The notes below the pieces were generated by a model, which worked only from the letters and a program-made list of their open reading frames with translations, ran no database searches and was not told the origin of the DNA. The position numbers and the translations under genes were made by a program. A DNA stretch of 64,000 bases. It comes from a virus. Its lineage: Duplodnaviria > Caudoviricetes. The stretch lies in the IMG/VR virus record IMGVR_UViG_3300047160_004777, positions 1 to 64,000 of that record, one strand, 5' to 3'. Position 1 is the first letter of the stretch. Every line of letters begins with the position of its first letter. Positions 27,075 through 36,212 of this stretch are shown one piece after another.

Positions 27075-27773
27075 ATGAACGGCCACATCGAGACACGCGA
27101 CCGCGACTTTGGCGAGGCGCTGCGGCCGATTGGTCCCCGACCGTGGACGTGGGACGCGGCGAGCGCGGTCTATCTCGATGCGAACGGCAACCCGCTACCG
27201 CCGGCCGACCTGCGCGGCCTCATGGCTCGTTTCCTCGAAGTCCAACGCCAACGCGCCGAACAAGCGACAGGACAGATGGTGTCGAACCAGATCACGGTTC
27301 CCGAATGGGAAACGGAGATGCGGGCGATTATCAAGGACGCCTATGGCGCGTCCTATATGCTCGGTCGCGGCGGTCGATATCAGATGACCACTCGCGATTG
27401 GGGCAAGCTCGGCCAGTCGGTCCGCGAGCAATTTCAGTACCTGAACCGTTTCGCGGCTTCGTTCGCAGCAGGCTCGGTATCAAACGCTCAAGCGCTGATG
27501 CGTTCGGACCTGTATCCGCTTTCGGCTCGCCAGGTGCAATCGCTCGGCTACAGCTACGCGATAGGTGCACCAGAGCTACCCGCGCATCCGGGTGACGGGT
27601 CTAGCGAATGTTTTGGGAATTGTGGGTGCGCGTGGGAGCTACAGCAGACGACGCTCGATGATAACCAGCCAGGATGGGAGTGCTGGTGGGAACGCGGCAA
27701 GACTGATTCGTGCGAGACGTGTATTCGACGGGAGAACGAGTGGGCGCCGCTTAGGCTACGCGCGACTGGATGA
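27075..27773 (+). CDS. head morphogenesis (minor capsid, gpF/gp7-like) protein
   Basis: WE..MR..IK..Y...Y.LG.GG, WG.LG..VR.Q..YL.RFA, C-terminal PGDG.S.C..NC.C.W...SC.TC. Confidence 0.75.
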   Translation: MNGHIETRDRDFGEALRPIGPRPWTWDAASAVYLDANGNPLPPADLRGLMARFLEVQRQRAEQATGQMVSNQITVPEWETEMRAIIKDAYGASYMLGRGGRYQMTTRDWGKLGQSVREQFQYLNRFAASFAAGSVSNAQALMRSDLYPLSARQVQSLGYSYAIGAPELPAHPGDGSSECFGNCGCAWELQQTTLDDNQPGWECWWERGKTDSCETCIRRENEWAPLRLRATG

Positions 27774-27958
27774 TTCGCTCGGGCGAATCATCGGAGGACG
27801 AGACCATGTTGATGAGCGATGACAACCCGAACGAGAAGTTCATGACGAAGATGCCGCATCACATGCCGACGCCGCCCAAGCAGTACAAGCCGAAACCTGT
27901 TCCGCCGCCCCAGAGCGTCAAAATGCCGGGGATACGAAGCAGTGGACGCAGGAAGTGA
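27770..27958 (+). CDS. hypothetical Pro/Lys-rich protein
   Basis: Overlapping start and stop codons with neighbours. Confidence 0.45.
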   Translation: MIRSGESSEDETMLMSDDNPNEKFMTKMPHHMPTPPKQYKPKPVPPPQSVKMPGIRSSGRRK

Positions 27959-28185
27959 TCCTCGTGGCGCGGCCTACGGTCTGGCACGGAACAGAGGCCG
28001 AGTTGCGCGAACTCGAACGCGCCGCTCAACGAAATTGTCGGCAGCATGACAACCTACCATGTGACGAGCTATGCGCTCATAGGCTGCTCGGTAATCAGCG
28101 ATACATTGACGGACTCGTGTTTATGCGGCGCCTCCGCGAGCGTCTCGAATTCGGAGAACATGGACTCGCCGATAAAGTGTCCTGA
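27955..28185 (+). CDS. hypothetical protein
   Basis: GTGA overlap; WHGT..EL..L..A...NC pattern. Confidence 0.55.
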   Translation: MILVARPTVWHGTEAELRELERAAQRNCRQHDNLPCDELCAHRLLGNQRYIDGLVFMRRLRERLEFGEHGLADKVS

Positions 28186-28327
28186 GTGCAGCGAGTCGAT
28201 GCAGCTCATCGGCGAGCGCGTGTATCGGTGTCCGAACGGCCACACGTTCCAGGCAAAAACTGCCCGAACGTTGCGCTACTCGCGCGGCCTGCGTCCGGTC
28301 GGGGCTCGTCGGAACCCACCTCGCTAG
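28160..28327 (+). CDS. small Zn-ribbon protein
   Basis: GGAG RBS; CPEC...YRCPNGH. Confidence 0.5.
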   Translation: MDSPIKCPECSESMQLIGERVYRCPNGHTFQAKTARTLRYSRGLRPVGARRNPPR

Positions 28328-28418
28328 GCCAAAAAGACCGGCAAACGGGCGAATCTGCGCCTCCGGTCATGCTAGGCTCCCGGTTCATTACATCGGTGGC
28401 TAGCTGACGAGGTAACGA

Positions 28419-30500
28419 ATGATCGACACCGGCGACGACGACGTGTCCGTCGAAGCTATGGACGAAAGCGAGGATCGCCCCGTACCGCGTCCAGAGCAGC
28501 AACTGATGTTGGCGCGGATGCAGTTGCTGGAAGGCACCAGAGCCCGTCGTCAACCCAAGGGACCGGACGAACTACCGGAAGAACTCCTCAACCAGATTCA
28601 AAATCCGGCTGTCCTCGACAATGGCCTGCCGTACATCAATACGGCGTGGGCTTCGACCAATCTTATCGACAGCTACCACACGCGCATGCGTGATTCGTCG
28701 TTGCGTAACTACGCCGACGACGCGACCAAGGGAATCTCGCTTCAGAACTCACATCGCGAGAATGAATTGCCCTTCGGCCGCACGTTTCTCGGTCGGTACA
28801 AGCCTGGCCGTGGCTCAAACCCAGCCAGGGCAGAGATGGACTTTTACATCCCGCCCAACTTGAACGTGAACGGCGTGAACTCGAACGACGTGATCCGCGC
28901 CATCGACTACGGTACGGCGCGCGACGTAAGCATTGGGTTCTACGGTGGCGACTTGCGCTGCTCCATCGACGGCAAGCTGATGATGGGCGACTTGCTCAGC
29001 TTGCTCCTGTTCGGCGGTGATGACGATTCGGCCGACGTACGCGACCCGAACGCACCTTGTAACCACCTTCCCGGTTTGGAATATGGGGTGCGTGACCGGG
29101 AAGGGAAGCTGACAGGTGATCGCGCGGTCGCCATTGGGGAGGTTGATGGAGCGCACTGTGCTGAGTTGAGCATCGTGTTCGACGGGGCGACACCGATGGC
29201 GCAAATCAGTGGTCGAGCGGTGCCGGTTCTGGCGAAAGCTCAGCGCATGTTGGAGATGGACGCCTTGTCGCCGACCACGGCGATGGCGTTGGAGAGGCGC
29301 TATAGGGGCGTGCGATTCCCGACACTTACGAATCGCAAGTTTTCGGTGTCGCACGCGAAGGTGCGCGATTCGGCGGGCAGTCCCCCTCCCAGTGAGCCAG
29401 CCGCCGAATCCGTGCCGGAGCCTGCGACGGAGGGACGACCGATGGTTGAGGAACGCGCGGAATGGAGCACGGCCTATAAGAACGATCTGCCGGACAGCGC
29501 GTTCGCCTACGTGGAGCCCGGCGGCAAGAAAGACGAGGACGGCAAGACGACACCGCGCAGTCTGCGTCACTACCCGCATCACGACAAGGATGGTTCGGTA
29601 GACGAGCCGCACTTGAAGAATGCGTTAGCTCGCGCGGCTCAAAATCCAGATAGTGGCAAGAAAGCCATGCCGCATTTGGAACGGCACGCCAAAGCAATGG
29701 GCATAGGAGATCGCGCAGTGAGCAATGGAGATCGCGCAGTAGTCGTAGACAGCGACGATGTTGACTTTCGAGATATGACCGATATGCCGGCCCATTTCAA
29801 CAACGCTACGGGCGGCACGGCGAAAGCCAGCGGTGACTTCGGCACCGCTACAGGCAAGGGGGTGGGACCCGGCGCGGAGCCAGAAACGATCACCTTGGAC
29901 CCGGATCAGGTCAAGGCCGATGATCCGGACGACTATATCCCGAGGTCCAAGAGAGCGCCGAAGGCTCCCACCGACGAGAACCCCGATCCCGATGGCGATG
30001 GTGACGACGACCGAACCCCGCAAGGTGACACGGACCACTCGCACTGGACACCAGATGGCAAACCCAAGTTTCAAAGGAGTCGAGTAGCTACCGTGGCCGA
30101 TGATGCGCTTTCCGGGGTTCGTTCCGCTCTCGTGGCGGCTGGTCTAGCGCCCGAGGGCTTTGTGGGTGACGTATCGGTTCGCTTCGCGGAGATCAGCAAG
30201 GAAATGTCGGCGCTGCGCCGCTGGGCGGATGTTGGGCGAGAAGCGCGCGACAAGCTGGTCGAGGACTGCAAGAAGGCCGGCGTGCGAGCGTTCGGGACGA
30301 GTGGGTTTTCGGAGAAGGCGTATGGGCCAGTCCTGGCTCGCGGGAGCTACGAGGAACTCCAGGACTTGTTTGCGCACTTCGAGGAACAGGGCCACAAGCG
30401 GTTTAGTGGTGGGCGAGCGACGACCGATGCCGAGCCCGAGAAGGTGCCTGCCGAGACCAGCGCGAAGCGCCGCGTACCAGTCCAGGCTTACCGAGCCTGA
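28419..30500 (+). CDS. prohead protease/scaffold fusion
   Basis: LIDSYHT.M...LRN, SH...LP.GR, VSIGF, ELS.V..GA.P.A protease-like motifs; internal WSTAYKNDLPDSAFAY domain; acidic linker and helical C-terminus. Confidence 0.8.
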   Translation: MIDTGDDDVSVEAMDESEDRPVPRPEQQLMLARMQLLEGTRARRQPKGPDELPEELLNQIQNPAVLDNGLPYINTAWASTNLIDSYHTRMRDSSLRNYADDATKGISLQNSHRENELPFGRTFLGRYKPGRGSNPARAEMDFYIPPNLNVNGVNSNDVIRAIDYGTARDVSIGFYGGDLRCSIDGKLMMGDLLSLLLFGGDDDSADVRDPNAPCNHLPGLEYGVRDREGKLTGDRAVAIGEVDGAHCAELSIVFDGATPMAQISGRAVPVLAKAQRMLEMDALSPTTAMALERRYRGVRFPTLTNRKFSVSHAKVRDSAGSPPPSEPAAESVPEPATEGRPMVEERAEWSTAYKNDLPDSAFAYVEPGGKKDEDGKTTPRSLRHYPHHDKDGSVDEPHLKNALARAAQNPDSGKKAMPHLERHAKAMGIGDRAVSNGDRAVVVDSDDVDFRDMTDMPAHFNNATGGTAKASGDFGTATGKGVGPGAEPETITLDPDQVKADDPDDYIPRSKRAPKAPTDENPDPDGDGDDDRTPQGDTDHSHWTPDGKPKFQRSRVATVADDALSGVRSALVAAGLAPEGFVGDVSVRFAEISKEMSALRRWADVGREARDKLVEDCKKAGVRAFGTSGFSEKAYGPVLARGSYEELQDLFAHFEEQGHKRFSGGRATTDAEPEKVPAETSAKRRVPVQAYRA

Positions 30501-30521
30501 GAACGAAAAGGAGAGTAAGGA

Positions 30522-30959
30522 ATGCCTGTTACTGGTCGCCAAGCAGTTGGCTTTGATGACATCCGCTTTGATGCGATCACCTTGTGGGCCGACAACTCGA
30601 CCATTGTGTTCAACGTCACGCAGCCGGACGGTTCAGCGCAGGTCGGGTTCGCGGTCACGTACGGAGCTGGCACTGATGTAGTCAAGTTGTGCGTTGACGG
30701 CGATCCTGTCCTCGGCAGGTTGCTGAAGGTCGAGGCAGACGGCGCTTGCTCAATTCAGCACAAGGGCATGTGCCACCTGGCTGCTGGCAACGCGGCGACG
30801 ATCACGCCGGGCATCAAGCTCGTCGGGGCACTAGGACCGGCGTCTGCGGCTGGCTACGTTCGCAATGCGAACTCGGCCACTGCTGCCGAGTTGGTCAAGA
30901 TGGGACCCATCGCCGTAGACAACTCGGACATGACGAACGTCATTGTGGACTTCCAGTAG
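30522..30959 (+). CDS. capsid decoration/cement protein
   Basis: Lies between scaffold and major capsid; G.AV...G....V.L..DG..V.G.L.KVE.DG pattern. Confidence 0.7.
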   Translation: MPVTGRQAVGFDDIRFDAITLWADNSTIVFNVTQPDGSAQVGFAVTYGAGTDVVKLCVDGDPVLGRLLKVEADGACSIQHKGMCHLAAGNAATITPGIKLVGALGPASAAGYVRNANSATAAELVKMGPIAVDNSDMTNVIVDFQ

Positions 30960-30980
30960 TCGGTAGGAGGACGACAAATA

Positions 30981-32426
30981 ATGGCTATGGTTCTCTCGCC
31001 GGCGCTGCCGGAAATCCGCCGCCAGTCCCCGGAGGACACGATTCGGGCGCTGGGCACGAACGGGGCGAACTTGTATCGGATCGCCTACGACCACGGCATG
31101 AACGTGTCCCAATTCCTCGAAAATCAAGACCCGACCGCAGAGCGCGAGACAGAGGATCGCTCGCTGGATGCGTACGAGCGGCTCGTCCAGGCGACAGGGC
31201 TCGTGATGACGCCGATCCCCGAGATTGGCCTTCGCGCCTCGACCTGGGAGGAATGTCTCGCGACTCCCGAGCGCCGAGCGCTGATGCCTGAGTTTATGTC
31301 GCGCGTCTGGCGTCGAGCGCACACGGTGGGCGGCCCGCCACTTCAGTCCGACGTGTGGAACGGTCAGATTCAGACCCGTGCCGTGCTGATGTCTGGAGAC
31401 GTGGCGCCTGGTGCATTGGCTAACCCGTGGTACGACAATCCGGAAATTCGTGCGAAGCGGTTGGTTCCGCCGATTCCGCTCGAAAGGATCGTGGCCCGAA
31501 CCACCGCTATCGACACGGACGCCTACCGTACGTTGTACGTAACGGACGACTACGGCAACGACTCGTACCGCATGAAGCGCATCGCTGAGGGTGCCGAGAT
31601 TCCCTCGACGTACCTCATCACCGGCGAGCACACCTTGCGGCTCTACAAGTTTGGCCGGGCACTCCGGGCAACCTACGAGCAGTTGCGGCGCCAGCGGGTT
31701 GACCGCATCGCCTTCGTCATCGCGCGTATGGCGATTCAGACCGAAATCGACAAGGTGAGCATCGGCATGAACACGCTCATCAACGGTGACGGTAACGCCA
31801 ATACTGCGGCGGTGGTCCAGAACAACACCGCGCTCGACTCGGCAGCGGTCGCTGGTACCTTGACGCTGAAGGCATTCTTGGCCTTCCGCCTCAACTTCTC
31901 GCTGACCTACCTGCCGGACATCATCCTGGCACAGCAGCCAGCGATGATGCAGCTCCTGGTCTTGCCGGTGGCTCAGGGTGTTCAGGTGCCGTTCGCGTTG
32001 CTGCCAGGTAACGCCTTCGGGACAATCCAGCCGATCTACAACCAGTTGAACTACGCGATTGAGTACGGCATTACCGCCGACGCTCCCGCGCTCAAGCTGG
32101 TCGCCTTCCAGTCCAACATCGCGTTGGAGCGCGTAACCGAAGTCGGCGGGAATGTTTCGGAGGTGGATCGCTTCATAAATAACCAGACTCAGCTTCTTAC
32201 TATCACTGAGGTTGAGGGGTACGGCGTGATCGACCCTAACGCGACACGCATACTCAACGTGAATGCCACGGCGTCATCGTCCCAAATGCAGAGAGATGCT
32301 GTCGTTATGGCGAGTGATCCCGTGGGAACGTCTGAGAAGCGGGGTCGCCATTGCTTGAAGCGCGAAGCTAACGGCAAGAGTAGGTCGCGGCGCGGCGCGG
32401 ACCACTCGAACGGGATCGACTTCTAG
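30981..32426 (+). CDS. major capsid protein with a 52-aa C-terminal extension
   Basis: MKRIAEGAEIP, LYKFGRALRATYE.LRR...D motifs; strong AGGAGG RBS; capsid-like terminus EGYGVIDPNATRILNVNA followed by a basic tail with RDAV..DPVGTS. Confidence 0.9.
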   Translation: MAMVLSPALPEIRRQSPEDTIRALGTNGANLYRIAYDHGMNVSQFLENQDPTAERETEDRSLDAYERLVQATGLVMTPIPEIGLRASTWEECLATPERRALMPEFMSRVWRRAHTVGGPPLQSDVWNGQIQTRAVLMSGDVAPGALANPWYDNPEIRAKRLVPPIPLERIVARTTAIDTDAYRTLYVTDDYGNDSYRMKRIAEGAEIPSTYLITGEHTLRLYKFGRALRATYEQLRRQRVDRIAFVIARMAIQTEIDKVSIGMNTLINGDGNANTAAVVQNNTALDSAAVAGTLTLKAFLAFRLNFSLTYLPDIILAQQPAMMQLLVLPVAQGVQVPFALLPGNAFGTIQPIYNQLNYAIEYGITADAPALKLVAFQSNIALERVTEVGGNVSEVDRFINNQTQLLTITEVEGYGVIDPNATRILNVNATASSSQMQRDAVVMASDPVGTSEKRGRHCLKREANGKSRSRRGADHSNGIDF

Positions 32427-33382
32427 TCCAGAGGGCGCCAGCTTTGTCCGAGAACCAGCCGGCCGATGGTCGTTCGACTGACTCCGTATCGCGCACCGAG
32501 TTCATCTTGCGTCCACTCGCCGGTTGCGTACAGTTCGGAAATGAGCCGGCGTACCTCGGGATCGTCCAGCGAACCGCTTCCCAAGGGGCCGGTATGACCA
32601 CGGCGACCCTTGCGAATCATGTCGTGCATGTTGTCGAGAGCCGTTCCCTCGCGCAGATGGTCGGGTTCCTGGCATATGGGTCTGTCGCAGTTATGGAGCG
32701 CGTGGGGAGCAAGCTCGCTCAGGGGTTTGCCGAGCTTCAGCGACAGGCCGAATCGGTGGGCGGTCGTCATCACTGTTCCGGTCCAAAACAGGCCGTAACC
32801 GGCCTCGTTCGTGGCGCCGAGCCAATCTCTTCCGCGACAGGCAGAAACCTTCTCGTTGTTGACCAAAGCCCAGTAGCGTTGCGTCGGTGTCGGGCGCATT
32901 TTCGGCGGTCGTTGCACAAGCAATCGGCAGCGCGGCTTCCCGCAAGATTTCTGCTCCTTACCGCCGGCGCGACGAGGGATATAGACCTCTTCGCAAATGG
33001 GACAGACGCGCGGTTCCTCGCGCAGCAGGCCGCGTTTCCGTTTCGCGGCTTTGAGCAAGGCGCTAGGCGTAGAACCGGCCCCGCGACTTGCCCAACTCGC
33101 TTTCAGGACTTCGCTGCGCGGCCCGCAAACGCAATGCGCCAGCGCAACACACAGCGTAACGTTACACACGAGAGCTACTATGTAATCGTCCGGGACGAGT
33201 CCATAGGCGAGTTCCCACCGCACACGTACAACACGCGGTTGTTTGGGACGGGCATCCTCGCCGCAAAAGATTACGGGGGAACCTTCTTTGTTCAGCGATC
33301 CTGTCCAAAGCTCGTGACCCGAGTGGCCAGGCGAGATCAGTGTCGCTATCCGTTCCGACAGGACCGTATTATTGAGAAGCAT
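32423..33382 (-). CDS. free-standing HNH homing endonuclease (two HNH_3-like modules plus C-terminal HTH)
   Basis: W.GA.N..GYG.F...TAHRF...ALH.CDRP.C..PDHLREGT.LDNM.DM; degenerate first module; antisense to the operon. Confidence 0.85.
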   Translation of the reverse strand: MLLNNTVLSERIATLISPGHSGHELWTGSLNKEGSPVIFCGEDARPKQPRVVRVRWELAYGLVPDDYIVALVCNVTLCVALAHCVCGPRSEVLKASWASRGAGSTPSALLKAAKRKRGLLREEPRVCPICEEVYIPRRAGGKEQKSCGKPRCRLLVQRPPKMRPTPTQRYWALVNNEKVSACRGRDWLGATNEAGYGLFWTGTVMTTAHRFGLSLKLGKPLSELAPHALHNCDRPICQEPDHLREGTALDNMHDMIRKGRRGHTGPLGSGSLDDPEVRRLISELYATGEWTQDELGARYGVSRTTIGRLVLGQSWRPLD

Positions 33383-33481
33383 CGCGGGATGTCCTCCGTG
33401 GTGTCGCGCTCCCGGCTGTTGACTCAGTGCGGGAGCATTCCGTTTTCCGCGATTGTATCGTTCTAACTAGGAGGTACCCGA

Positions 33482-33823
33482 ATGACGGATACACCGAGCC
33501 CGACGACCAGTCCCGCCACCGAACCGGCCGCACCGACCGGCGACGCGCCGGCGCCAGACGGGTCGCGTACGCAGGGCGAAGGTCCCGACGTATACGACGG
33601 GTCCGAGATCGAAAAGATGTGGGTTCAACCCGCAGCGCAACACAAGGCGAGCGGCATGGTTGTTCTGTTCGAGCGCCACCCGGCCCACCCGGACGGCGAG
33701 GCGTTTATTGGCGGCGACGGACCGGCGGTCGAGGTTGCCAAGACACCGGCCGTGATGGCGAAGCTCGACGCCGGCGACCTCGAAGAAGCCGAAGCGCCCG
33801 CACCACCCGCTCCACCGAGCTAG
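33482..33823 (+). CDS. hypothetical protein (paralog of 33826)
   Basis: AGGAGG RBS; VVLFERHPAHPDGEAFIGG. Confidence 0.7.
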   Translation: MTDTPSPTTSPATEPAAPTGDAPAPDGSRTQGEGPDVYDGSEIEKMWVQPAAQHKASGMVVLFERHPAHPDGEAFIGGDGPAVEVAKTPAVMAKLDAGDLEEAEAPAPPAPPS

Positions 33824-33825
33824 AT

Positions 33826-34374
33826 ATGGCCGAACGAAAGACTGAAGCAGCGATTGCTGAGTACGAACGCGAGCGGGCCGTCAAGCGCGGTGTTGCAGCG
33901 GGCGACCTCGAAACGTTGGTCGCGCGCACGATCTGGGTGCTTTCGGGTCGTGCCGACGACCGCGTGGTGATCTACGAACGCGACCCGCGCCATCCGGCAG
34001 GCGAAGCGTTCGTGGCGGGCTCGTGCCCGGCGCGCGTGTATCGTACGGAAGAGATGGAACGGCTCATGCTCACCGGGGAGCTGGTCGAAGTGCCCGCGCC
34101 TCGCAAGTTCGTCAAGGTGATGGACGAGTTCACCAACGAGGAACGCGACGAGCCCAACCCGAAGTATCCGTTGGATATCGACATCGAGCCCTACGAACAG
34201 ATGGTCGTGAATCCCGGACGACCCACGCCCCTCGGTCGTCGGATGGACCCAACCTTGTGGGACGAAGAGACGATTCGAGAAGTCCAAACACGCGTGGCGA
34301 AACAGCCGCGTGAGGTTCGGCTTGCTCCAGGCGGGTACGTGCCCCGTCTCCAGGACGTGGACCGGCCTGCATAG
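33826..34374 (+). CDS. hypothetical protein (paralog of 33482)
   Basis: VVIYERDPRHPAGEAFVAG. Confidence 0.7.
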   Translation: MAERKTEAAIAEYERERAVKRGVAAGDLETLVARTIWVLSGRADDRVVIYERDPRHPAGEAFVAGSCPARVYRTEEMERLMLTGELVEVPAPRKFVKVMDEFTNEERDEPNPKYPLDIDIEPYEQMVVNPGRPTPLGRRMDPTLWDEETIREVQTRVAKQPREVRLAPGGYVPRLQDVDRPA

Positions 34375-35285
34375 TGGTTGCAGTTACTGGCGAGGCTAGT
34401 CACTTCGACGGTTCCCAAGCTTGGTTGGGAACCGTTATTCCTCCATTCCCACCCGGCGGCACCCCCATCTCCGTTAGTGTCCGCCAATCCCTCGGAGCGA
34501 CTGGCGCGCCGGTTGTGCTCGTGCTCACGGATGTCAACGGGACACATTCATATCAAGCATCACCAGACGCCACGGGCTTGGCGTCGATTACGGCGTTACT
34601 GTCGCCTGTGGCTGTTGCGCTGATTCAGTTCGGGCCACGCCCGACGACCTCGGGCACGTTCCAAGACGTGTCGTACTGGACGGATTGGGTAAGCCCAGCG
34701 CAGGGCGCCCCGCCGCTGACCGGCACGAACATCCGGCCCTACGGCGAGCAATTCACGCTTCCGACCGGAGCGCCAGCTCAGCCGCCGGTCGAGACGCTCA
34801 CGGTCTTGAACCTGCTGACGGACGCTGACAACCCGCTCATCCGAGCCCTTATTCGTACTGACCTCGGGCCGAATGACTTGCCAGACGCGGTGATCGAGAT
34901 GGCGTATCCGTATGCGAACGCGCGGGTAGCTTCCATCGACACGCTCGCGCCGTGGCCGGCAGGTTCGCAGCAAGCGAACTTCGACCATCAGGCGGCGGTC
35001 TATCTCGCGGCAGCGCACCTGATCGTGAGCGTGCCGTTGCCGACTCGCGAACGATTCGAGGGCTATCTGTACGAGCTACAGCCGTTCGATCCACAAGAGC
35101 GCGCGGACGCGTTGAGGGCAACAGCTCAAGGATTGCTCATGCTGAACATGGGGCCGCAAGGGCAAACGTTCACTGGGGCTCTGCGCGCAGTGAGCTTTAC
35201 CACCGCCGCAGGTGGGCGCGGCGACGTATCGAACTCTGGACTGGGGCAGTTGTCTCCGTATAGGCAGACAGCAAACTCGTACTAA
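34374..35285 (+). CDS. head-tail adaptor-like protein with an N-terminal extra beta domain
   Basis: C-terminal IRALI..DL...LPD.VI...AAVYLAAAHL...P...ERF..Y.Y pattern; position after the capsid gene. Confidence 0.6.
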   Translation: MVAVTGEASHFDGSQAWLGTVIPPFPPGGTPISVSVRQSLGATGAPVVLVLTDVNGTHSYQASPDATGLASITALLSPVAVALIQFGPRPTTSGTFQDVSYWTDWVSPAQGAPPLTGTNIRPYGEQFTLPTGAPAQPPVETLTVLNLLTDADNPLIRALIRTDLGPNDLPDAVIEMAYPYANARVASIDTLAPWPAGSQQANFDHQAAVYLAAAHLIVSVPLPTRERFEGYLYELQPFDPQERADALRATAQGLLMLNMGPQGQTFTGALRAVSFTTAAGGRGDVSNSGLGQLSPYRQTANSY

Positions 35286-35291
35286 GGCGTT

Positions 35292-36212
35292 ATGGCTAGT
35301 TCCACGTGGGTGCAAGGCCGCGTGTACCGCATGATGCGGCACACCTATACGTGGATGCCGCGCGTGCTCGAAACCGAAACCCCACTTCAGGACTGGCTGT
35401 ACGGTACGAGCGCGACGCCACCATTTACGGGCTCGCTTACGGCAGGCGGGGTGACCCGCGCTGTCCAGATTCGAGCGAATCAAAACGCGAGCTTGTATGC
35501 CGTGGGGTTTCATGTCAACGGCGCGAGTATCGGCGGGCTCGCGGCGGTCGGCGTGTGGCCGGTCGGCAACCTTACGCCTATCGCGAATGAGGTGTTCAAC
35601 ATTCCCGCGCCGGGCGGCCCGTCCGCCTGGTTTGTGTACACGCTCAACACGGCCGTGCCCCTGAGTCCAAACAACGACTACCGAATCGGTGTCCTTCAGA
35701 CGAACTTTCAGATGGACTATGCTGCGTCCTACTCGTGGGGATCGGGCGTGGTCTCGAACCCCAACGCGTTCTTTACCGCGCTCGCGACGTTCTACGGCGG
35801 TTCGCTGGCTTCGACCAATCTGAGCTATCCCAACACGTCCGATACGAACAACTACTACGTCGATCCCTACGTAGAACAAACAGCCGGCGCAGTCGATCCT
35901 TGGGGACTGCCTCTCGAAACGACCGACTCGCCGCCGGCGCCGGCGCCCGTTCCGAACAAGCCGTGTCTCTTCCGAGACGAGTCGATGATCGTCAACGGGT
36001 TGAATGGCCCGATTCAATACCAGCGCACGCGTCTGTTTCTGCCGTTTGACGATCCCTTGCGCGAGGGCGACTACGTGACGGACGTGATGGACCCACTCAC
36101 AGGGCGAGTCTTTGTCGCTCAACCATCCCGGACCGAACTCCTTACGCTCACGGCCACGAAAGACGCCTTGATCTGGAAGCAAGTTACTATTCGTTGGTCG
36201 GAGGTGGACTGA
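35292..36212 (+). CDS. head-closure-like protein with an inserted DUF4082-like domain
   Basis: Flanks MMRHT.T and D.WG.P...PCLF...L..GD.V..V.DP enclose a beta domain ending NYYVDP. Confidence 0.6.
   Translation: MASSTWVQGRVYRMMRHTYTWMPRVLETETPLQDWLYGTSATPPFTGSLTAGGVTRAVQIRANQNASLYAVGFHVNGASIGGLAAVGVWPVGNLTPIANEVFNIPAPGGPSAWFVYTLNTAVPLSPNNDYRIGVLQTNFQMDYAASYSWGSGVVSNPNAFFTALATFYGGSLASTNLSYPNTSDTNNYYVDPYVEQTAGAVDPWGLPLETTDSPPAPAPVPNKPCLFRDESMIVNGLNGPIQYQRTRLFLPFDDPLREGDYVTDVMDPLTGRVFVAQPSRTELLTLTATKDALIWKQVTIRWSEVD

Noticed and set aside
32444-33466. 340-aa + strand ORF opposite the HNH gene, and group I intron after the capsid gene
   Set aside because: The ORF is an antisense shadow with no motifs. 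I could not identify P/Q/R/S elements or a downstream capsid exon.
35220-35285. Odd-codon C-terminus (GDVSNSGLGQLSPYRQTANSY) of the adaptor-like gene as another tag
   Set aside because: No similarity to the RDAV..DP.GTS motif; cannot be distinguished from a native tail.
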